Part shown: positions 20,301-32,300 of the stretch, in pieces
Layout of the letters: every line of letters starts with the position of its first letter
Position numbering within the stretch: position 1 is the stretch's first letter
DNA from: Promethearchaeota archaeon
GTDB lineage: Archaea > Asgardarchaeota > Thorarchaeia > Thorarchaeales > Thorarchaeaceae
Direction of reading: 5' to 3'
NCBI GenBank assembly: GCA_014728035.1
Contig: WJMJ01000071.1
Span: 133,253 to 197,252, forward strand
Length of the DNA: 64,000 nucleotides
Position numbers and translations under genes: made by a program
The notes under the pieces: generated by a model
The model's input: only the letters and a program-made list of their open reading frames with translations
Database searches by the model: none
What the model was told of the DNA's origin: nothing

Positions 20301-23300
20301 GACTTATACTGGTGGCAAACTTACGATATTTGCTGATGCAGTGGATATATGGGGAGTTTGGGTGATTGAATTCGAAAGTATGAATTATATTCTCGATGCA
20401 AAAATTGGGCATCAAAGTCAGACGCTTGGCAATACTGATATCTTCGATATCAATGATGTTTTCGAGATGCAAGCAACCACTCCTTGGATAACTGACTCAC
20501 GAGTTGGTCTAGTGTTGACAGATCCAACTGGTTCTCAGTGGCATACTGATTATGCAACTACTACTGGCACTCCCACTCATCAGATTCCCTCATTCCAGTA
20601 CCGTAAATCAATTACAGTTTCTTCATCCGAAGTAGATGCTGACCTTACTAATTACCCAATGCTTGTAGATATACTCGACTCAGATTTGTACGACACTTCA
20701 AAAGTCCAATCAGATGGTGATGATATTGTTTTTGTATCTGCAAATGGTGATATCCTTCCTCATGAGATTGAATTTTGGAATCAAGATGTTGGAGGTAGTC
20801 AAGCCCAACTTGTAGCATGGGTTAAGACCAATCTATCCAGTACCTCGGACACGACGATATACATGTACTATGGCAATCCATTTGTTGGGCCGCAAGAACA
20901 ACCTGATGATGTATGGACTGAAGGTCACGCTGCTGTTTGGCATTTAGGTGAGAATACGATAGATGAGGAAACAACGGCAATTCATTACGACTCTACTACT
21001 GGAGGTTATGACGGTAATCAAATTGGTAACGTAAGAGCAGATGGTATATCTGGTTACTCTCAGTCATTTGCCACAGATGATTGGATTGAGATCAATGATA
21101 CTGAAAACTTAGACCCATCTGATGATGTGACAATCTCTGGTTGGTTCTATTTGAGTAGTTCTTTCAGCTCTACTTCACCAACGACTCAGGTAATTATGGA
21201 GAAGTACATCTCTAATGATGACGATATGCTAATTGCACTTGTGGGAACCGATTATGGCAATAGTGTGCCTGATGGTAGTCTTGTATTCAAAGTAGAAAAT
21301 TCTGATGGCGGCTATATGTACAAATACAGTCAGAGAACTGCTTGGTCTCCAGGTTGGTATCATTTTGCTTGTATTTTGGACTCTGATAATCCTGTAAACA
21401 ATAAGATTTTCGTCAATGGTGCTGATAACACAAATGCCGGATATCTTGGTAGTAGCTCATATAATTCTCTCTCATTCTCAGGACACTGGGGTATTGGTGG
21501 GAGATATTCCGACACCCAGATTCCAGGTGGAGAGGGTTTCTTCAATGGACGAATTGACCAAGTTGAAGTTTCAAATGGTATTCGTTCAGATGCTTGGATT
21601 GCTGCTCAGTATAGTAATCTCTATACATCCAGTACTTTTCGAACTATTGGAAGTGAACAGAGTAGGACTTCTCCCGATTTGACCCTTACAAAAACTATAG
21701 ACTCTACTGCTCCTGCTGGTGTATGGACAGCTTCTGTTTACTACAATGATACTGGTGTGTCTGTGACTAATGCTACCGGTTTAATAGAGAGAGAATTCAT
21801 CGTCCAGCATGATACAACTCTCACTATAGTTGACCCATACGATGCTGTATCAGATAGAACTTCACTACGATTAGCTGGGGATTTACTTGAAGTAGAGCTC
21901 AATCTCACTGATGATATTACTTCGGGGAGTGTCACTGGAGCTACAGTCACTATGAATTGGACTCAGAGTAGCTCTCCTATTGAGATTACTCTTGACGATT
22001 ATGGCGATGGTTCATACGGAGTTGTCCTGAATACATCCGATTTAGGAACTGCTCAACGTTGGAGGATTAATATTGCTTCATACCATCCCTATTACAATAA
22101 TGCGACAGAATACTTTGATTTAGATTTATACCATGAGACGAAATTGACTTATCTAAATGTGACATCAACACCAATTGGTTTTGATTCAACAGCTACCCTT
22201 GTCTATTGGGATGTCTATGATGATGCACCTATCACAGGAGCGACAATTGCCTTTGAAAACGGAACTACAATCACAACAGATGCAGAAGGGAATGGATACT
22301 ATAACATCTCTCTCGATTTGAATTATCTCGGACTTGGCAATCACTGGTTCGTATTTGACGCTTCTAAATCTGATTCTTTTATGGCTGATGCTGATACAAA
22401 TGTCACATTTACTGTCAGGAAACACTATACTTCTGTTTCAGTACAGGGTGATTTTGTTACTCCGTTTGGGTTCAATACGAACGTGACTGTTGTCTTGATT
22501 GATATGGACACTGGAACCTCTTTATCAACAAGTGATGTTGCATCACTCAGTTTTAATTCAGTAAGTTATTCAGCACAAATTATTAATTTACCCGGATCTT
22601 TCGACCAGACCCTCACTACAAACACATGGGGTTTGGGCGATGAAACGGTTACCTTGTCGGTTTCTCTAGTAGATTCGATTTACTTCACTCCAGATGATTA
22701 TGCTTTTACAGTAACCATACGCAAGCACTACACAACCGTGTCTGTTGTGGGAGATTTTCTTTCACCTTATGGATTCAATACATCAGTAACTATCATCCTA
22801 ACTGATAGTGATACTGGGACTGCTGTAGCTTCCACAAACGTAAATTCCTTCACATTTACTCCTGCAGCAAATGACCCAGAAAGCGAATCAAATCCCTCTG
22901 ATTACATATATGAGATGGATACAGACGGATGGGTTGTGGGTATAGATACAGTCACTCTTACCGTAGATATGACTGGGTCAGACTACTTTGATCCAAATTC
23001 ATTTGATTTTGATATTGAGATTCGGAAGCATTACACTTCTGTTACAATTAGTGGTGATTTATCAACACCTTGGGGTCAAAATACAACTCTAACAATTTCA
23101 TTGATTGATACTGATCTGGGTACTTCTGTTACTGTTGGAAATGTGGCATCGTTTACATTCGATTCTGCTATCCCTTCATCTGAGGGTGAATCAAATCCAT
23201 CAGACTATATCTATGAGTTGGATACAGATGGTTGGTCAGTAGGTATAGAAACTGTAACACTTACTGTCGATATGACAGGTTCAGATTACTTTGATCCTGA

Positions 23301-26300
23301 TTCTTACAACTTCGATATCCAGATTAGAAACCATTACACTGCTGTGACTGTAAAAGGTAACATGACTACACCAGCTGGAATGGATACAGACCTTATTGTT
23401 GAAGTTGTAGACCTTGATACTGGTACGGTTGTTTCCGTTCTGGATGTTAATTCATTCTCCATGTCTTGGACTGGAGACTCTCAGAACTTTGATGGTACAA
23501 GTTATAGTGTAACTTTACTCACTAACACATGGGCATTAGGCACTGAAACTGTAACAATCACAGTAGATATGACAGGTTCGGATTACTTTGATCCCGATAC
23601 ATATGATTTTGATATCACCATTAGAAAACACTTTACGTCAGTAAGTGTTTCTGGAGATTATATTACTCCCTATGGTGAAACAACTGATGTCACCATAATC
23701 ATCTATGATTCTGATACTGGCACTCAGCTTGCTGCAGGGGCTGCTTCTTGGTTCAATTTCACATGGACTGGTGGATTCTACGAACAGAATCCTGCATCGT
23801 CATTAACTGATACATTGCCAACCGATTCATGGTCGGTGAGTACTGTTACTGTTACATTGGAGGTCTCAATGAGCGGATCCAACTATATGGACCCTGATTT
23901 CTTCTCATTTGATGTGACCATTAGAAAACACTATACTTCAGTAACTGTCACTGGTGATTTGACTTCTCCCTACGGGAATACAACTGACCTCACTGTCAAG
24001 ATTACCGACTTGGATACTGGTACCCTTGTAACATACAATAATGTTGATTGGCTCAATTTCACTTGGGCTACAAGTTTCCATGAAATAACAACAGTAAGTA
24101 CTTTTGATATTACAATCGCTACAGATTCTTGGGTTGTAGGAGCTACTTCAGTAACGCTGAGTGTATCAATGGGTTCTTCGGATTATTTCAATCCAACTGA
24201 TTATACATTTGACATTACAATACACAGTATTGAAACTGATTTATCAAACGAATTCAATGATATGATTTTTCCAAATGGTGATGATTTCAATATCATTCTC
24301 CGTTTGAATATTACTGAACAAGGACAATACTATGGGAATCCCCTTACAGGACTAACTGCAACCAATTTCACAGTTAAGAATTCCACTGGGTCTTATGTAT
24401 TCACATTGGAGCATCTCAATGATGGTAGATATAATTTGACCATAGCAGGAGGGTATTTCCCCGAGGGCCAGTACACGATTTATGTCGCTTTTGTATCAAC
24501 TGATTCAAGATATAGATCTTCAAGTATCACCATCGTTTTCGAATATCGTCCTGCAAGAAGTGAGCTTTCATCTGGAGACCGCACTGTTACAACTCCTTAT
24601 CAAACTGACTACACTGTCACACTCACATTCACAGATATTGATCGTGATGAAGGTATCCTGGATGCTACAATTACCGCTGAAGGTGTAGAAATATACGGCC
24701 AGCAAAATCTTGGAAATGGACTTTATAGAATCACGGTGAACATCACTAGTCTAAGCAAAGGGACACACTACTATAATTTGACTGCTGATGCTGATGGTTA
24801 TGAAAATCAGACTCTCAGCTTCACTGTCGTTATTAGAATTGCATATACCTACGCAATTCCATCTACTGGAGCATTAGATATTCCTGTGGGCAATTCTCCA
24901 GTTTTCTATGTTGAATACTGGGATATAGACCGTGACATGGCAATTACAGGAGCAACAGTTGACCATAATTGGACAGAAACAATATCTGTCACTATGGTTG
25001 GTGAAGAGTATAAAATAACATTTACAACCTCTGACTCAGTAGATCTTGGTACTTATCTTGTGATGTTCAATTTCTCAAAAGGAGAGAACTACCAATTCGG
25101 GCTATTCAATCTTACAGTTGTTGTCCGAACTCACAATACAGACTTTCGTTTGGTTAGCGCCGTGGAGCCAACCGCATATAATGGGGAGATTGAAATCTCA
25201 GTATTTTATGGGGACTTGGATACTGCTGGTGCTGGAATTGTATCCAATCTGATTAGTTACGAAGTTTGGAATGCTAGCATGCAGGTATCTGCAACGATGG
25301 TTAACGATACAACATTGGGTGCGGGGTATTACTTGATTACCATATCCGCATCACAATTTAATGGATTAGGCATTCAAGACTTCACAGTATATTTCAATTG
25401 GACTGGATCTGTGTATAAATTCCAAAATAAGACAGTAGGAGCTTCTGCAAATATCGTAGGAGAAGATTCACGGTACACATTGATTCTCTCATCAGAACCT
25501 ACACCTTATCTCACTAATATGAGCTACACATTCTTCTATTCAAGGAGTAATGGTGATGGAATCATTAATGATACAGGTGATGTTCATATCAATGTAGTAT
25601 TTACAGGGGAGTCAGTAGACCTATCCAAAGTTGATATCTGGGAAGTTGACCAAACAAATAGCCCTGGAAATTACTCTGTTCGATTTAATACATCAATTTT
25701 CTCTCATACTGGACTAATCTACATGCGAGTATACATCAATTGGTCATATGGAGTTGCACCATTCTATACTAATCGAACTGACACAATTTCTGTAAGAGTA
25801 TTAGCACGAGATACATTGGTATCATTAGTACCAGCTTCAGCAACTCCATACTCTGAAATTGCTTCATTTACATTCAATTATGAGGATGCACTGATTGACG
25901 AATCGATAGAAAACTCGACATCATTGAACATCTCTCTAAGTCTAAGTGAATACACTTTATCATATGAATTGACAACTCGAACCTTTACTGTTGAGTTCAA
26001 TACAACTCAATTTGGAGGTCTCGGTCAGCAATCTTTCACACTTGATATTGTGTGGTATGGCTCTCCATTCTATCAGAATAAAACTGGTAGAACCGTATTC
26101 GTAACCGTCACGACACGTGACACGGTGTTGGATTATCAATCTCCTGCACCTACACCTTACATGGACAATGTAACATTTACTGTTACTTGGACTGATGTAA
26201 CGGGTAGTTCTACAAGTGGTATCACTGGAGCTAATGTAACCCTGTATTATCTTGGAGCTGAGATTTCAAGTAGTTATTACAAGGTGACGGAGGGAACTAA

Positions 26301-29300
26301 TGGCGAATATACTATTGAACTAAATACAACATATTTCCTCACACCTGGCTCATATGTAATTACAGCTAACATGACATCATTAGAAATATACTATGATTCA
26401 GAAGATGCTGATAGAAGTTTGACGATAACAAAAAGAGTTACATCTCTGACTTCAGATCCGTTCGACGCAGTCCCCTACAACTCATCTTTCACGGTTATCC
26501 TCTACTATCAAGACACACTTACCCTATCAGATATTGCAAACAATTCTGATGTCTTCTTTACTATCGAAACTGCAGGATCTTGGCTCTACACAATCAACTG
26601 GATTGAAAGTAAAGGGTACTATGAACTTATTATCGAAACATATAATCAACCTTCATTGGAGATTGGTGTTGAATATTCACTTCAATTAAATATGAGCTTC
26701 TCTTACGAGAGCCCATTCTATAATTGGGATGATACGACCATCACCTTTGAGCTGAGGTATCGTGAATCCTCTCTAGAACGAGAAACTTCTCCTGTTCAGA
26801 CATCATATCTCGATTGGATTGATTTCATAGTATACTATGGTGATGCAGATGGGGCAACTGGAATTCCAGGTGCAACCATAACAGTGGAGGTTGGAGGCAG
26901 CCCGTTAACTCTAGTAACTGAATATACATATACAGATGATGCTGACGGATACTATTCTATATCAGTTGCATCTGATGCATTGGGCGGGATTGGAAGTTTT
27001 GGAATAGATGTTTGGGCTAACTGGAGCATGATCGCTCCATTCCATGATAATGCTTCTCTAAGTCTCAGCTTAACTGTTATCAGAAGGCCAACTGACGTGA
27101 CAATCGTATCTACACCAAGTCGTACTAGTTACCTTGAGAACATTACATTTGTAATCGAGCTAACAGATCTTGGATATGGAACAACTATATCCTCTGTTAC
27201 TAAGAATTTACTCCATATCTACAATGGTGTTTCTGAGTTGGCCTCTTCAGATTTTGATTTCACCGATATCGGCTCTAATCAGTTCGAGATTAGTATTGAT
27301 TCAACAGTCATTACTTCGGTCTTGGTTTCAAATCTTCAATTGAATATATCAATTGATTGGCCAGACTCCCCCAACTATTATCGTGATGATTCGACATTAG
27401 TTCGAGTAACAATAATAGCACGAACAACTGCTCTATCGATAGAACCTCCAACAAACACTGCTTATGGAGAAAATGCATCACTTCAATTAGGTTACATCGA
27501 CACAACCACTGTTGACACATTGATTGAGAATGCAAATAATCTATCAATATCAACCAATCTGACCGAAATTCCTCAAATCACGTACAATGCAGGCACAAAG
27601 CTATTCTCGATTTCATTAGACACATCCCAGTTTGGAAGCATTGGCAAATTTGTATTTCATATCAATGTTACTTGGGTCGGATCACCATACTATGCAAATC
27701 GAACATTTCAACAAATTACGGTGACCATTACCTTGCGACAAAGTCAGCTTGATTATCAGGCTCCTGCACCTACTCCTTATGGTGATAATGTTTCCTTTAG
27801 TATCACTTACGAGGACATTGCCGGCTCAGTAGATATTGGAATTGATGATGCAGAGATTACATTGTATAATGGAACAACTCAGATTCCATTAAACTACTAC
27901 CAAGTAGAATTACAAGGCAATGGACTCTTTAACTTCGAATTCTATTCTGGATTCTTTGAGACTCCTGGTTACTATAACATAAATGCATCATTTGTCTACA
28001 ACGGAACCAATTATGTGGCAGATGCATCAGCGATTAGAATTCTTAATGTCAGATATCGCACCACTTTGGTTTCATCAGAACCTGTGGGAAGTATTGGTTA
28101 TGGAACCACCATGGAGATAATTCTCTATTACCAGGATATGCTTACTCTGGATAACATCGGAAATCTAACACCTCAGACAACTCTAACTGTTTTGAATGGT
28201 ACTGATTGGGACTTTACGATTACTTGGCAAGAAGTAACAGGAACATACCGTCTTCTGGTTGAAACTGCTGATAAAGTTCTACCTGTGGGAGAAACACAGG
28301 TATTGTATCTAAACATGTCATACCAGTTTGATTCACCATACTATTACTGGGATACAATCTATGTGTCTTTCACAGTTCGTAATCGTGTTTCGAGCCTTGA
28401 TGTTCAGGATGCACCTGTTCCAGCTGCTTATCTGGAATATGCGGAGTTCACCATGTATTATTGGGATGTTGATGTGACTCAGGGTATTGCAGGCGCTACA
28501 ATAAGCATTGAAACAACGACCACATTCTCAGAAGGGTCTGATTTCTTTGTAAGTGAGGGTTCCCCTGGTGTTTACAATATCCAATTGAATACTACAGCTC
28601 TACCTTCTTTGGGTGTATTCCAAGTTAAGATAACTGCAATTTGGAATGGGTCTGCTCCTTATCACAATAATGCTTCTCGGAACGTAACTGTTTCAGTAAC
28701 GCAGCGAGATGCCGAGGTTGAAATTATATCTCCTCCATCACAAACGAGATTCCTTGATAATCTCACTTTCACCTTTACATATACTGATATCCTCTCTAGC
28801 AGTTCGATTTCAGTAAGCAGTTCTGATGTTTTGATATATTCAGAAGGACTTCTCTTAGGTGCAAATGAATATGTGATAACACCATCTGGGTCTAACTTTT
28901 TCGTTTCAATCAATTCGACAGTGTTAGGAAGCACTTTAGTTAGCAACTTGAATTTGACAATCCTTATTGACTGGAATGATAGCACATCTCCATATTATAC
29001 AGATGATCAGACTTCACTGAGAGTATCCACAGTTGGAAGAACGATGTCAGTTACATTTGGCCAAATTGAATCCGTTCCAATTTTTGATAATCTTACAATT
29101 GGTTTCTATTTGGAGGATAGTGCAAAGGAAACACCAATATCCAATGCGATAATTTACTTTGATTGCCAGACAGTATCTCTTCTTGAAGGAGTATCTTATG
29201 TTCTTACAGAAGGTACAGGGTCTCTTGAGGGATACTATAACCTAACTGTACTTACTTCCTATCTTCCAGATGTGGGTGATTATAATTTCGATCTCACAAT

Positions 29301-32300
29301 TCATTGGAATGCGACAAATCAACCGTTCTATGCCAATTTGAGTACTATTACTCTTACAGGTTCGATTGATCTGATTTGGACAAGTTTACAATCTGATTTA
29401 CCCTCTCCTTCCTCAGTTGAAATCACTGATAGTGTAAATGTGACGGTATACTTCAGAGATTTGGACCATGGACAGATTGGGATTAACGCTGCTACTATTT
29501 TTGTATCCTATCTCGATACTGGCCTTGTACCTAGTAATCTCGCAATAACCTCCTTGCCCAATGGTGTTTACAATATATCATTCAGCACAATTGACTTGGA
29601 TTCTACTGGAAGTTATGCTTTGAACATTACTGCACAACGAACTTACTACCGAACTTCAGTAGTTCAGCCCAGTTTTACAGTTACAGTCATCCGTACGATT
29701 TTAACACCTCTTGAAGATACTATCCAACTTAGTTGGACGGAAAATGCAAATATCACTGTGGAATATGAGAATCTACTTAATGGGAATCTAACCGCAGGTG
29801 CAACACTTACTTTCGAATGGGCTGGGGGAACTGGATTTCTAACTGAAATCGGTTCTACTGGAGTGTACTCTGCAAATATTGACACCTCACTCGCAAACTC
29901 AGGTACACGTGTCATCAAAGTGTATGCTCAAAAGGACAAATTCGCGAATGCAGTTACAACTATCACGTTGATTGTCCTTACTCTACCATCAGATATGATT
30001 CCTATCATTCCAGATGTGGCATCCTTGAATCTTCCACGTGGTGCTTCGGTTCCAATCACAGTATATCTGAATGACACCTTCAATGGAGTACCCATTAATG
30101 ACACATACGTGCAGAATATCTACGTTTCATTTCAGGGTGTAGATTATCCAATGACATTCAATACCAGTCTTGGATATTATACTGCAACGATACCTGGTTC
30201 AGCGACTGAATTGCCTATTACTTTCTACAGTGTGAATATTTTAGCTGAATTCATCAACTACAATCCAGCTCCCTACCAGTTCAAGATTAATCTTCAACAA
30301 AGTAGAACTGAATTGAAGCTATCCGGAGAAACAACAAAGACCATCAATGCCTATTATTCCGACCTTGTAACTTTTGAGGTGAATTTCACTGCTACTGATC
30401 TCGGTTTCCAGATTACAGAAGCTAATGGAACAGCTGTTATCTGGGACCTTTCTGAGGTAGGTATCCAAGGGAATTTCACACATGTTGCTGATGGTATTTG
30501 GCAGGCTGTATTCAATACAACTCTTGCTAATTATGGGAGTTGGGGTATTACCATTCTGGGACAACCAGGTGACCCAGTCCTTAGTGATTCGATTACAACT
30601 TTGACACTTACTATCAAGTTGATTCCCACACAAGCAACATCTTCTCTAGCTCCTACTGTAGTATGGGGTTGGGAAGGAAATGTTTCATTCTACTACGAAG
30701 ACACATGGAATGGAGGCGGAATTCCTGCAGCGAGTGCTATTGTTTCATGGGGTCCATATTCAGGTATAAATGCTACAGACATTGGAAATGGATTTTATTC
30801 CGTTTTTATCAACACAACAATTCTTACACCTGGTGCAAGATATCCAGTATCTATTTCCTTTACTAAACCAAATTATGTAGTTGGAACATCATCTTTGAAC
30901 GTAGAAGTTACTGAAGTACCCACTGAGCTAATTATTGATTCACCTGTGCAAAACAGGGTCGCAGAGGATAATCCTCAGAATCTCATTGTGCCCATGGGTG
31001 ATACAATAGAAGTAATGATTCTGTATAATGATACTGATACTACTGAAGGTTATATAGGTGGTATATCCGGTGCAAGTCTTCTTGATGCAAGTGTATTCCG
31101 AGGAGTTACCTTCGATGGAGGCCGTGACTTCTCACTAATCCCAATGGAGGACGGTTGGTACAAATTGGTGTTTGACACTCTAGATGAGTCAATTTACCAG
31201 ATTTCAAATGGCACTCCAGTCATAGAAGATGGATATTACCGTTATACGATAGTCTTGAAGCTAACGAATTACCAGACATCTGAGGTAACTATACGTTTCA
31301 GAATTATCGAGGTACCAACTTCAGTATCATCCGAACCTGAAGAAACTTCATTCAGTCTTATTCATGGCGTTTCCAGAGTGGTACGAGTGCAGTTCAATGA
31401 TACCTGGCATGGTATTGGAATCACTGACGCATCTCTTACAATTTCCAGTGATACTCCATCAGTAACCATTGTAGGATGGATTGAAGAAGGTGATGGATGG
31501 TATTCAATAGAGCTCTATGCAGAGTCTGTAGGAGTTCCATCAGCCATCCAGATAGTTCTGAGTAGCCCCTATCACACAAATGGAACGGCCCAGTTCAGAG
31601 TGTCAGTATTGATGAACGAATTCGATGTATTGGTTGATAATAGTCTTAGAATCGGGTTCCCAATCAGTCTATTCGTCATCCTGATATTGGGCATGTATGT
31701 GAAAGTCTGGAGTGTTCCAAAACGTATTAGACAGATAAACGGACAAATCAAAGCAATGGAGAAAGGAAAGCTACCTAAACCAATCTCTGAAGTTCGTGAA
31801 CGTCGTGGTGTGATTGCGGATCTTTGGACTGATACGCTCAAAGGACTTGAGTTAACTAGGTCGATTAGTGATATACCAGAACATTCAGTACCTGTTGAAG
31901 TGCCAGAAATGGGCACACTTCTTATTCAATTACAACTTCTCACTCATTTGAACCAAGAAGAACTTGACGAATTCAAGTCTGATATCTCTAAGATGAGAAT
32001 GAGTGAACAAGCTGCATTTGTGAAAGAAGTGATTCATCAAGAAGCTATAAGGGCCGCACGTCGTGAACACACTACAGTTGAGGATATCCTCGATAAAATC
32101 GCAAGGAAGGCACAAGAAATAGCTCCTGGTGGCACGCCTGTTACCGAACCAGAGAAAGTCATAGACACTGTCTTTCCTATTACAGAAAAAACTGAAGAAA
32201 TAGATGAATTAACACCGGATGAAACCAAAACCCCTGATGAAACTCCACCAGTTGTGGACGATAGCAGATGGGATATAGGATCGGGTGATAAACTCAGTGA

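Noticed and set aside
22417-24225. CRISPR array or DGR template/variable repeats
   Set aside because: The repeats are ~300-nt coding units diverged mainly at synonymous sites. There are no spacers, no adenine-specific pattern was noticed, and no reverse transcriptase or cas gene is present.
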